This document shows, piece after piece, positions 26,111-38,148 of a DNA stretch of 64,000 nucleotides. The translations under genes were made by a program, and so were the position numbers. A model generated the notes under the pieces. It saw only the letters and a list, made by a program, of their open reading frames with translations, did no database searches and was not told the DNA's origin. Each line of letters begins with the position of its first letter. The stretch's first letter is position 1. The stretch comes from Octopus vulgaris. Lineage: Eukaryota. The stretch spans positions 54,188,001 to 54,252,000 of the forward strand of contig OX597828.1 in the NCBI GenBank assembly GCA_951406725.2, written 5' to 3'.

Positions 26111-26430
26111 ATACTAATCTACAATAGTAACTTGTCCCTACCATGTGCTATCCAATTACCCCAACCGCAGTTTGTTTCCACCATCTGTTACTTATTTCAT
26201 ACTGCTGTTATTTCTTCTCGCTAAGTGAGACCGATTTACCATGGTGGTAAGCTGGTCCTTTAATATGGGATCTATTTACCACGACTGCACTATGTTTCTT
26301 CCAAGTGGTCCCTATTTACTACAGCTACGAACTGTTCATTTAATGTGATATCTATATACCCTGCAGTTGTAAGTTCTTCCTACCATGTGATATGTATTAA
26401 CCACTGCTACCACTGATATTCAACATCTAC
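26111..26430. repeat. Degenerate 40-bp tandem array (~8 units)
   Basis: Units in exact 40-bp phase at 26151, 26191, 26231, 26271, 26311 and 26351; rough consensus TCTATTTACCAC..CTG..A..TGTT....Y.ATGTGATA. Confidence 0.65.
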
Positions 26431-27287
26431 TGTCCATTCATTCATCTATACTTTGACAATCAGAGAGAAAACGTAATTTTCTGTCCTTGATAGAAACAAA
26501 TTTGCATATAATTTAAATTTTATTTAACTAGAACATTACCAAAATTAAACAGAACACTGGAGAAGTTGCGATTTTTGACACACAAAACTTTTATTTTTTT
26601 CGTATAGAAAAAAAAAACCAACTAATTATGTCGTTACTACGAACGATAAATTGTTGAGAGAGTTTGAATGTTATTGTTCTTGGTATAATTGTAGTAGTAG
26701 TCGAAAACGTAGCTGTTGGTCGTTGTGTTACAGTCGCTGATCTTTCATTGTGCTATCAGCTCGGATGAGCAACAGTCCGAGTCTACCCGCCGTCTATCTG
26801 CCGTCTCGTCTTTGCTGTCTCTCAATGCTCTCACTGCTGCATCCCAAAGCTCCTTGTCAAATAGTCGTGGTGTGGAGAATTTATACTGTTGGATAGGTTC
26901 AGAAGGAAGCATACGAAAAGATGAAATCGTCGCTGGAGCCTATTGCACGCGAAGTCATGAATGGTCAGATTTTGTTGATCACATGGTTAGTCATCGAGCG
27001 AATCTTAGAAATCTGATGTATTGATGGGACTGCTGAACATTCCCGCTACAAACCTTTGGCAAAATTTTGTGTTCTATGGTATAATATATATTTTGATGGA
27101 TGGATTGGCAAAAACGGTGAGGTCCCTTAGATATACCTTTGAAGCTCAAAAATTGAAAACCTTCGGGTGATCAAATTGGCAAAGATAGCTGATAAAGCGG
27201 TTAAATTCCTATGTTGTGTTTGAAAGGAATTTTAAAATTCCAGGAACTTTAAAACCTAATTTATTTAGCTCTATCCAAACCATTCTC

Positions 27288-27782
27288 GGTGCTACTTTGG
27301 TGTGTGATCTACAACGGGGATTACTTTAGGTTCTTTTAAAATTATTTTTGTACATACTTAGCATTGGAAATGTATTTTTTTCAAAATTCTTATTATTTTA
27401 ATAATAAGAAAACCATATAATAATTAAAATAAGCGCGTAGATCACTCACCACAGTAAATTTGGTCATGTAGATCCCACGAAAAGTGGCACTAGCACAAAG
27501 CAAACTAAAAAGGAAACTAAAGTAATCTCCCTTTAAATTGTAGCTCATACGGCAAAATGGCACCTTTCTTTTTCTTAAGAAATGATGTGAATTTAGCGCT
27601 AGTTTCTTGCAAAAATGCAACTGCCTTCTGGTTTCTTGTAAAAATGAAACTGCCGTCGTCTCATCGCTTATCACACTGTAAAAATCTTTAACCAATATCT
27701 TAAATGTTTTTAGAAATCGGAAAGTAAACTAGAAAGTAACCTAAAGTAATCTCCCTTGCAGATCACACGACAAAGTAGCACC
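27288..27782 (-). mobile_element. Non-autonomous DNA transposon, Merlin/IS1016-like
   Basis: Imperfect ~45-bp TIRs GGTGCTACTTTGGTGTGTGATCTACAA... / ...TTGCAGATCACACGACAAAGTAGCACC, with internal subterminal repeats. The minus-strand remnant VKDFYSVISDETTAVSFLQE resembles a Merlin transposase N-terminus. Confidence 0.55.
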
Positions 27783-27822
27783 ACAGTTTCTTGTTTTTAT
27801 GTTTATGTTATTGTATTGTGAA

Positions 27823-28075
27823 AGCGCGTGGCCTAGTGGTTAAGTTGTTGCACTCATGATCGCTGGGATTATGCGTTCGATTCCCAGTACTGGGTTGCAC
27901 GTTGTGTTCTTGATCAAAAAACTTCATTGTATGTTGCTCCAGTCCCACTTTCGATTAGAAGGGTATGTTGACCTTCTCACCAAGGCAGCGGGAGTGGCAT
28001 CATTTGAAGGATATGACCAGCGATGTCTAACAACTTCTGATAACTCTGCCGGTCACGTATTCACGTGAATTTTTT
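27823..28075 (+). mobile_element. tRNA-derived SINE, family D
   Basis: GTGGCCTAGTGGTTAAG A-box and GTTCGATTCCC B-box; related copy at 51728-52010. Confidence 0.7.
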
Positions 28076-28649
28076 ATTATTATATTGTGTTTCATTTGTT
28101 TAATTATGGGTGGACATAATTGTTATCCAGCTCTGTTTACGAGTGACACCTCTGTTTATGGCCACATGATATCTTTTTTCTCATAAATAGCTGGGATATT
28201 TTCATATGACACCGCAAAAAATTGTTGTTGACAGACTTCGGCAGAAATCGTTTTCACCTCAATAGACGTCATTGATTGGTTGAAATTGCGGAAAATTAAG
28301 AAATTAAAGACCAAATATCTTACAAATTATAGAATTTTCTCAAGAAAGCCAAGAGAAAAAGATGTTTTATAAACACATTCTACCAGTATACAAAGTTTAG
28401 AATTTTTTAGTTAACTAGAAATTATTTTTAAAATCTGCCGGTCAAACCGAAAAGATCCGGAAAGATCTCGTCCGAACCTATTAGCCCTCAGGTCTCTACC
28501 AATCATAAAACTCATTTAGATTTGTACAATTACAATACTTAATCTCGGCTTTATTTTTGTAATGGCTTTAATAAAGTAGAACACACAGTTCCAGTCAAAG
28601 CATGGATACCAATTCTATCTCATGACTGTATATTAGTGATAATAAGTAT

Positions 28650-29050
28650 AGGAACAGGAGTGGCTGTGTGGTAAGTAGCTTGCTAAACAACTACATGGTT
28701 CCGGGTTCAGTCCCACTGCGTGGCATCTTGGGCAAGTGTCTTCTACTATAGCCTCAGGCCGACCAATGCCTTGTGAGTGGATTTGGTAGACGGAAACTGA
28801 AAGAAGCCCGTCGTATATATGTATATATATGTATGTGCGTGTGTGTTTGTGTGTCTGTGTTTGTCCCCCCAGCATTGCTTGACAACCGATGCTGGTGTGT
28901 TTGCGTCCCCGTAACTTAGCGGTTCGGCAAAAGAGACCAGTAGAATAAGTACTGGGCTTACAAAAGAATAAGTCCCGGGGTCGATTTGCTCGACTAAAAG
29001 GCGGTGCTCCAGCATGGCCGCAGTCAAATGACTGAAACAAGTAAAAGAGA
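28650..29050 (+). mobile_element. SINE family A, near full length
   Basis: GGAGTGGCTGTGTGGTAAGTAGCTTGC...GGTTCAGTCCCACTGCGTGG...GACTGAAACAAGTAAAAGAG. Confidence 0.9.
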
Positions 29051-29069
29051 GAGAGTAAAGAGAACGGTT

Positions 29070-29290
29070 AAGGGAACGAACTGGCGGAATCGGTACCGCA
29101 CCGGACAAAATGCTTAGCAGCGTTTCTTCCGACTTTATATTCTGTGTTCAAATGCCGCTGGAATCGACTTTGCCTTCCGTCATTTCGGAGTCGATAAAAT
29201 AAGTACCAGTTTAATTCTGGGGTCGACGTAATCGATTGACTCGCGCACGCGAAAGTTCTGGCCTTGTGCTGGAATTTGAAACTAATATTT
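29070..29290 (+). mobile_element. SINE family B, diverged
   Basis: Contains the GACTTTGCCTTCC...GGAGTCGATAAAATAAGTACCAG core. Confidence 0.7.
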
Positions 29291-29700
29291 ATTGCAGCGG
29301 AATTTCCCCTGGAAGTACACACTATAAAAAAAACAAAAACAAGAAAGACGTTTTTTTATAATGTAATCGTAAATAAGCTAAGACTGATGATAAGACGGGA
29401 TGGTCATGAAAGGAACGCGATGTTCATCTCATCGCTAATTTGATATTTAAAACAAAAATAAACAGCTGAAAGAAACGACAAGTTTACTGATGGCTTGAAA
29501 TACTCAAAAGTGAGGAGTTATCTCGCTTGATGTTTGGGAGAGTTCTTTCCCTTGACTAGTAAATTCTAAACAAAAAAGAGGCGGTACTTGAGACTTTTTT
29601 CTAAAATTATACACGCACGCATACGTACGTACGTACATATATACATAGATACATGCATGACTGCATAATACATGCATACATGCATGCATAAATACATACA

Positions 29701-29732
<32 letters not shown>

Positions 29733-29778
29733 CATACATACATACATACATACATACATACATGCATACATACATACA

Positions 29779-29810
<32 letters not shown>

Positions 29811-29879
29811 CACACATACATACATACATACATACATACATACATACATACATACATACATGCATACATACATACGGCT

Positions 29880-30366
29880 TGGAAGGCAGCTCCTCGAGCA
29901 GCATTCCTTGTCTCATAACCTTAAATACACGCCCAAAAAAGTCGCACGGCTCTGCCGCAACATATCATCAAAAGATGAAATGATGAGCGCATATGTGTAG
30001 AAGACGATGCAATGTATATGTTAATTGAAAGCTCAGAGATTATAGTAACATCGATCATCAAAGCAGTCTACCATGGACCAACAACCAGGTTACTACGTCC
30101 CACTTCGAAGGGTACGCATTTGCAATCCAGGAACAGGAAATATTAATCAAATACCTGATACACAAAAGGGACACAAATGCAGGAAAAGCAGTAAAATGTG
30201 ACAACCGATGGAAACTTTGTGAAGTAAACACCGAAGATATCACCCCCATCATAAACAGTTGTCCGAAAACGTCACCAAGGTATTATCTACCGATGAGACA
30301 TGATTTGGCTAAGACACTATATAATGAAATCCGTCGGGAGGATAGCCTCCAGGACAAAGAAATAAG
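29880..30366 (+). mobile_element. R4/Dong-type (RLE) LINE fragment
   Basis: From 30050: IDHQSSLPW...SHFEGYAFAIQEQEI..KYL...CDNRWKLC..NTEDITPIINSCPK....YYLPMRHDLAK, a decayed CCHC finger plus RHD motif. Confidence 0.75.
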
Positions 30367-30738
30367 GGTGCTACTTTGGTATGCCGTCTATGAAGCCAGC
30401 GTGATCTACAAGAGTCAAATGATATATTAGTATGCGATTTACGTGTTTCGTTTATTTATTAGGGCTTAAATAAAACATTCTTACGTTTTTATACATTAAA
30501 AAAAATTTAATGAAGCAGATTTGAAACAAGTTTATGGGCGAATCGAACGACCATCAGCTAGAAAATTAAAAAATAGATAATTAAAGTTTTTATACACTTT
30601 ATGAATTTATTATTAAAAAGAAATTAGAATGAAACAAATTTGAAACAAGTTTACTAATTTTATTGGTGAATCAAACGAACATCAGTTAGAAAAGTTGTTC
30701 TTGATAATTACGTATAACTTTTCTTGTTGTAGATCACA
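30367..30738. mobile_element. Second member of the GGTGCTACTTTG (Merlin-like) family, truncating the R4 fragment
   Basis: Starts GGTGCTACTTTGG; GTGATCTACAA at ~30401 and its inverse TTGTAGATCAC at ~30727; internal ~70-bp direct repeats. Confidence 0.5.
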
Positions 30739-30779
30739 ATATAAAGTGTAGGTCGCATACCAAAGCAGTTTCATGGCAT

Positions 30780-31470
30780 GTAGGGATTTTGGTGAATCCC
30801 TTTGTCTGTGAAGCCCAGTCGGCGGGGTTGACAAGGAAGAAATGGAACGTTAAAAAAAAAAAAACGAACAAAAAAAACACTGTTGAGATGACTGAACACA
30901 TCTTGGAAAAAGTTAAAGGTGCGGTCACGGAACATACGGCTTGGTTTAAGATGACCTCGGAACAAATGGATATGCCACAAGAATAACAAAGACAAGTGAG
31001 GTGTGGCGAATATAGAAATGTTATATCGAAAAGGAGGACCATTCAATGGAAGCAACAGTGTCAGAAATCCAATGCGCATGAACAATAAAAGAGACAGTTG
31101 GATAAAGTAAGCCATCAAGGAACTAGTTATGTCAAATGGAAACTACACGGTTTCAATCCCCACCGCCCACTGTTAGAGAGAAATGATGTATCTCCATCCC
31201 CGTCAAATATCACACAGCTAGGTTTGCGCAGAAGTTATGGATTCAAGTTATATCGAAGCAGAATATATGACATCACTTTCAGAGTATTCCTGGTGACATA
31301 ACCAAGTCCTAGGTATCCTTACTGATACACTAAACCAACAATGTAACAGCGTCAATGAAATGGGGGGGGGGTAACATAAAGTTGTACCCAGACGTTTTGT
31401 CATATGGAGAGCGAGAGAGGACAACGCAATCACGTAGACAAAGGAAAGCTGGTATCTAGACTTCAGCATG
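30780..31470 (+). mobile_element. Degraded Hero/R2-like (RLE) LINE fragment
   Basis: Frameshifted remnants TRKKWNV...VEMTEHIL..VKGAV, NDVSPSPSNI and SLSEYSW*HNQVLGIL match the GRKW..AV, YDVLPSPxNL and YTWRHNQVL motifs. Confidence 0.55.
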
Positions 31471-31620
31471 GTGTTAACGATTGAGCAGTGCAGAGGATTG
31501 CAAGAAAGTGTTCATATTCTTAGTCAGTAGAATAACTATAGTTTGTGCTACTCGAGGTTGTCCTTGGGTTTTCTGTCACCTCCCTGAGAAACGCTGCTAC
31601 ATACATACATATATATAAAA

Positions 31621-31983
31621 CTAGCACTATGATCCGGCAACGCCGGGTCATAGTGCTAGTGCATCCATATACAGCTGCGTGCGTGCGCACATACACCCGA
31701 GTACTGTCCAAATCTCCGACCAATCACATACAGCTAGCTGGCATTCAATTGGCGTATCAAGTTTCGGGCATTTTGATTGGGTTTTGGATAGAAAATTCAC
31801 AAAAAAAGTAACTTTTATTGATTTTTTAACGACTTTGCGGGGTGACTGGGGAAATCTAAAGATGTAAAGATGGACGGTTTTGAATGACCACAGAAAGTGC
31901 GAGCCCTCTAACTGAAAAATTGTGGATTTGTATAAAGGATACACACACACAGACATTTTGCCGTTTATATATGTATATAGAGA
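31621..31983 (-). mobile_element. Non-autonomous Helitron
   Basis: Minus strand A|TCTCTATATACATATATAAACGG...TGTCTGTGTG 5' end; GC hairpin and CTAG|T 3' end. Confidence 0.75.
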
Positions 31984-32626
31984 TGTTGCTTCATCATCAC
32001 CAGTCACAAAATATTCTACCCTCTTCGACGATGTTACTGAAATAATAATGCAATACTCTGGTCTTATGATAGAGTTTGGTTCAACAAAATATTCTGAATA
32101 TTGAATTGATGGCGCGTTGGAAAGGTTTTTCGGAGTGAGCACATAAAAGGATCTCAAATACATATGACTTAGCAACGAGGAGCACAGTGTAGAGGTGGGT
32201 TAGCATGGGTTTGTGACTAGATACTCTACATCACACTTAACTGATGTTGAGATTAGAAAATACAGTAGGGCCGTGATGGCTGGAGATAGGAAAGAAACAA
32301 AACTGATTCAACATGGATGTGGCAGATGTTTACGAGAAAGAAATATTGGGAGAAAACAAGAAATGATTCATTAGAAACGGAACAAAATGGCTTCCGTGTG
32401 GTTGGGTGGTTGCTGCTGCTCGCTGTGCATTGGGGTGGTTGCATAGATGAAAGAAGAATAGTATTGGATTTGGGTCAAAATGACTCGGACAACCTCTCAG
32501 GACATCGATGCCGCACGAGACTACACGAAAAGGGGGAGATAACTGTGGGTGAGACACGAAATCCATTTGCGAGTGTGAGTTGCCAGCTTAGGAAGAGATT
32601 GTCCCGCAATACAAACTGCATATAAG

Positions 32627-32690
<64 letters not shown>

Positions 32691-33001
32691 ACGTGCGTGC
32701 ATGTATGTATGTATGTATGTATGTATGTATGTATGTATGTATGTATGTATGTATGTATGTATGTATGTATGTATGTTTGTATGTATGTATGTGTAAGCAT
32801 CAACACACACATCAACACACACGTAATATAGAACACGTCTCTCTTCACCTCGGCTGCTTAGTCCGTGCACAAATTACGCAGTTGAGTGTTTATGCTTTTG
32901 TGTTTATTAATAGAGAAAATATTCGTTTAGAGTATTTAGTCCAAGGTTTGGCTTCACTGAAACAGGATATCTCAGTCAAGTAAGAGAAGTTACTGGTCGT
33001 C

Positions 33002-33039
<38 letters not shown>

Positions 33040-33082
33040 GGGACTATTTACTTCGTCTTCTTGTTTACGGCCAGCCATCAAG

Positions 33083-33146
<64 letters not shown>

Positions 33147-34629
33147 CGTGTATGCGTGTATATGTGTGTAAGGCCAGCCTCCAAGTGAGTGTATGTGTTT
33201 ATGCATGCATGCATGTATATAAAAATGTATGTATGTCTATATGTGTGTGTGTGTATATACATGCATGCAAGCATATGTATGTATGTATTCACATATGTAT
33301 GTATGCACGTATATATGTATGCATGGCATGCATGTATATGTATGTGTTGTGTATCTGTGTGTATGCATGCATGCTTGTATCTATGTATGTATGTATGTAT
33401 GTATGTATGTATGTATGTATGTATGTATGTAGGTAGGTAGGTAAGTAGGTAGGTAGGTGGGTAGGTAGGTAGGTAGGCAGGCAGGTTGCTGACCTCACAC
33501 ATTTCTGTCACTCACAGAACCAAAATCCCACCTAAAATAGACAGTGGTCATCAGTTGGGTACCAATCGGTCTCAAGACACGTGTCGATACGATTTGAGAG
33601 ATTGGAGATGAAACCCGCCAATCGGTGCTGGTTAAGCGAATGCAAAAGACCACCCGGTTCTTTATTGCACTGAATAGCAACTTATTCATATTTAACTGGA
33701 AAAAATATGTCCACAGAATTAAAGCCAGGTCGTGTCCAGGTCACGTTGGCAGTTTTGTATGCTCTGATCATAGTGGGATCCGTTATGTTGAAGAAAACCT
33801 CATTGGTAGACATACCAATAGTGGTGAATTTTACGAAGTGTGGACCGGAGGTCAAGGTCACCAAATCTAACAACTTGTTACCGTCCGGTATTGTCAGACC
33901 GGACGTTACATATAAGCACCAAGCCCAATTAGAATTTTAGTGTTTGGTGAGAACAGTTTCGACATGCCAAAGCAGTTCTTAAAGAAGAACGCTGGATGTG
34001 TGTCAGTCAAATGAAGTCTTTATACGAACGTTTCGCGCTTGAAGGAACTGGATTGGACAGATGAACAGGAAGCAGGCGTAGGGATTGGTAAAGAAGGATG
34101 TCTTCTTCCAGGATCAACTGCGCCTGATGAAACGCTGGGCACAGAAACCCAACGGCGCCGTTGAAACCGTTTGAGCCATAGTCGACTTTTATGACTTCAG
34201 TTGGACGAGTTGATGGGAACTCCAGTCCTCGATGAAGCAGGTGCAGCTAAGTGGAAGTGTTATCTCAGAGTATCAGCAAGTCTGCCTATTGTTGTATCGT
34301 ATAAGTAATAAATATCGGTTTCGAATTTTGGCACAAAACCAAAAATTTCGAGTTGATTAAATCGGCCTCGGTATTCAACTGCTACTCATTTTATCATCCT
34401 CAAAAGGAAAAATCGACTTCAGCAGAATTCAAACTCAGAACATAAAAACAGACGTAATACTGCAATGCATTTTGCTCGGCGTGGTAACGATTCTGCCATC
34501 TCGCCCTCCTTAAAAGCAATAAATATGAAAAGGTGATGTGATGCTACGTGCAATATCATCAACAGTTATAGAAAAAGGGGCGTAGGTGATTCTTCTGTCG
34601 AATGCCTATGGAAGTTGATATAGTAACCT

Positions 34630-34950
34630 TTCTACTGAAGGCACAAGGTCTTGAAATTTTGGGTGAGGGAACTAGCCGCTCAATTTATCGACCCAGAAAG
34701 AATGAAAGGCAAAGTCGACCTCGGCGGAATTTGAACTCAGAACGTAGCGGCAGACGAAATACCTATTTCTTTACTACCCACAAGGGGCTAAACACAGAGG
34801 GGACAAACAAGGACAGACAAACGGATTAAGTCGATTATATCAACCCCAGTGCGCAACTGGTACTTATTTAATCGACCCCGAAAGGAAGAAAGGCAAAGTC
34901 GACCTCGGCGGAATTTGAACTCAGAACGTAGCGGTAGACGAAATACCGCT
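34630..34950 (-). mobile_element. SINE family B dimer
   Basis: Two tandem cores joined via GACGAAATACCTATTTCTTTAC. Confidence 0.8.
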
Positions 34951-35288
34951 AAACATATAATATTAATATCGGTGACTAGAAACATACTTAACGACCTAGA
35001 AGATAAATAGGCCAAATGTTGGGCGGACATGGTTTCGACTAAAACAGATGTCTATACAAGAGGCCACGACAAGCATTCATCGTGCCAAGCTTGAGACGTC
35101 GTGAGTTCAATAATCACCGTTGCGGTCGAGAGCCTTTGGATTTACTGCTAAGGACAGCTGGGGGTACTTTTTGGTTATCTCACCTCCATTAAAAAATGGG
35201 GTTATCTTTCCCCGTTTTATGAAAAATATCGGTACTTCTGATTATCTCCGTGAACTAAAAAAAAATTTGTTTAACCCTCAATAATATA

Positions 35289-35765
35289 GGCGCAGGAGTG
35301 GCTGTGTGGTAAGTAGGTTGCTTACCAACCACATGGTTCCGGGTTCAGTCCCCCTGCGTGGTACCTTGGGCAAGAGTCTTCTACTATAGCCTGGGTCCGA
35401 CAAAAGCCTTGTGAATGGATTTGGTAGATGGAAACTGAAAGAAGCCTGTCGTATGTATGTGTGTGTGTTTGTGTGTGTTTGCCCCCCACCCCCACCCCCA
35501 CCCCAACATCGCTTGACAACCGATGCTGAGATAAGGGACCGGTGGGGGGGGGGAGACAACAGTTTTGTACTAGTAGGAGGACGAATATCAATATCAGTCA
35601 CATTTCGAAAAAACATCTTAGCGGTTCGGCAAAAGTACCCGATAGAATAAGTACTAGGCTTACAAAGATTAAGTCCTGGGGTCAATTTGCTCGACTAAAG
35701 TCGGTGCTCCAGCATGGCCACAGTCAAATGACTGAAACAAGTAAAAGAGTAAGGAGTAAAGAGTA
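35289..35765 (+). mobile_element. SINE family A with ~85-bp foreign insert
   Basis: Full head and tail; 35530-35615 does not match other copies. Confidence 0.85.
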
Positions 35766-36019
35766 AAAACATTGAATTCCCGTCGTCAACTCTGCAAAAA
35801 GGCAAAGTCTTCGTACATTCCAATAATTCCATTGCTGATAGCTTTTTTTTAATATTTTTTTTTTATATTTCATTCTATTTTCTGTATCCTTTTCAGCTAT
35901 TTTGTTCTCAGTAAATCGTTGACTCGACCCACAAAATCAGTTTGTTATTCCGGTGAGAAAAGAATGTCATCAGGTTTATTTTAAGCCATCGAACCAGTCG
36001 AGTGTGACGTCTTGTTGTT

Positions 36020-36086
<67 letters not shown>

Positions 36087-36425
36087 GATTAAATATAATT
36101 AGAACGATTTGACAATTCCCTCCGTGCAATCATTGTGATTTTTATCAAGACACCACTATCCAGCTTTCGAGTGTCCTTAGCAAAGTACACTTTCTCCTCG
36201 ACTTAAGACTATCCGCACTTACGATCACAAAAAAAAAAAAAGAAGAAAATCAATTTTTAAAAATCGATTTTCGCACGTTGGGCAGCTACGAGGTAGTATC
36301 TGGCAACACAGGTCTCCCTCAGACCCAGGAAACCACCGCTTGCCTCTGTCTCTCACTCAGACGCTTTCAAACATCAAGTGTTTGAATGAAAATAGTGTTG
36401 AAAAATATAAATCAAAAATCTTGTA

Positions 36426-36587
36426 GGCGCAGGAGTGGCTGTGTGGTAAGTAGCTTGCTTACCAACCACATGGTTCCGGCTTCAGTCCCACTGCGTGGCC
36501 CCAAGGGCAAGTGTCTTCTACTATAGCCCCGGGCCGACCAAAGCTTTGTTAGTGGATTTTGTAGACGGAAAGTGAAAGAAGCCCGTC

Positions 36588-36634
<47 letters not shown>

Positions 36635-36687
36635 TAGATAGATATATATAAACATATACACACATACACACACACACACACTCACAT

Positions 36688-36730
<43 letters not shown>

Positions 36731-36953
36731 AGTGTGTGTGTGTATGTGTGTATATGTTTGTGTGTCTGTGTTTGTCCCCCAAACATCGCTTGACAACCAA
36801 TGCTGGTATGTCCATGTAACTTAGCGGTTCGGCAAAAGAGACTGATAAAATAAGTACTAGGCTTACAATGAATAAGTCCTGGGGTCGATTTCTTCGACTA
36901 AAGGCGGTGCTCCAGGATGACCGCAGTCAAATGACTGAAACAATTAAAAGAGT
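36426..36953 (+). mobile_element. SINE family A, full length with expanded internal microsatellite
   Basis: GGCGCAGGAGTGGCTGTGTGG head through GACTGAAACAATTAAAAGAG. Confidence 0.9.
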
Positions 36954-37386
36954 AAAGAAGAGTATACGACTAGATCGACTTACGACCTCTCAGTCGGAAC
37001 GGAACTCGGTCGTAAGTCGAGTAGAAGGCGTACACTATGTTACAAGTATCAGGTCGGGGCTCCGGTTTAAAGATGACTTCGTTCCTTCCATCCACCCGTC
37101 TTGAATACCCGGAAAAGGGTGAAACGTGCTGCTTCGATTCATTCGACAAAAAGTTCTTCGAGATTGTTGTCCCAGCATGGCCGCTGACTGAAACAAGTAA
37201 AAGATAAAGGATAGAAAATAAAGTTCTCAAATATGAATAGCTTGCTTACCAACCACATGGTTCCGAGTTCAGTCACACTGCGTGACACTTTGGACAAGTG
37301 TCTTCTATTGCCATGGTCCGACCAAAGCCTTGTGACTGGATTTGGTAGACGGAAACTGAAAGAAGCCCGTCGTATATATGTATATA

Positions 37387-37423
<37 letters not shown>

Positions 37424-37458
37424 GTGTGTATATGTATATGTATTTAAGGATACATGTC

Positions 37459-37516
<58 letters not shown>

Positions 37517-37518
37517 TG

Positions 37519-37575
<57 letters not shown>

Positions 37576-37768
37576 GAGTGTATATGCATGTACGTATGCG
37601 TGCATGTGTGTTTGCATGTATACATGTATTACATGTATGTGTATATATGTATTTATGTACATGCAAGTATGCCTAGGTATATGCATATTTATTGTTTCGT
37701 ATTCATTTTTTTCAAACCAGTAAAATCACATTCTATTGTACAATAATATATATGCATATATGATATCA

Positions 37769-38148
37769 AGGCAGAAACGTTAGCACGCCGGGCGAAATGC
37801 TTAGCGGTATTTCATCTGCGTTACGTTGTGAGTTCAAATTCCGCCGAGGTCGACTTTGCCTTTCATCCTTTCGGGGTCGATAAATTAAGTACCAGTTACG
37901 CACTGGGGTCGATGTAATCGACTTAATACCTATGTCTCTCCTTGTTTGTCCCCTCTGTGTTTAGCCCCTTGTGGGTAATAAAGAAATAGGTATTTCGTCT
38001 GCCGCTACGTTCTGAGTTCAAATTTCGCTGAGGTCGACTTTGCCTTTCATCCTTTCGGGGTCGATAAATTAAGTACCAGTTGCGCACTGGGGTCGATCTA
38101 ATTGACTAGCTCCCTCCCCTCAAATTTCGGGCCTTGAGTAGTAAAGAA
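37769..38148 (+). mobile_element. SINE family B dimer
   Basis: Two cores joined via AAAGAAATAGGTATTTCGTCTGCC. Confidence 0.85.

Noticed and set aside
26111-26430. CRISPR-like repeat-spacer array
   Set aside because: Eukaryotic context, repeats not identical, variable parts mutually similar, no cas genes; treated as a diverged tandem repeat.
28650-28730. tRNA gene calls at SINE heads (also 27823, 51728, 56748)
   Set aside because: A/B boxes are present, but there is no complete cloverleaf and each continues into a SINE body.
32100-32570. Possible minus-strand CR1-like relic; also TRGHDK at ~35056
   Set aside because: Motif similarity too weak to list as a feature without a search.
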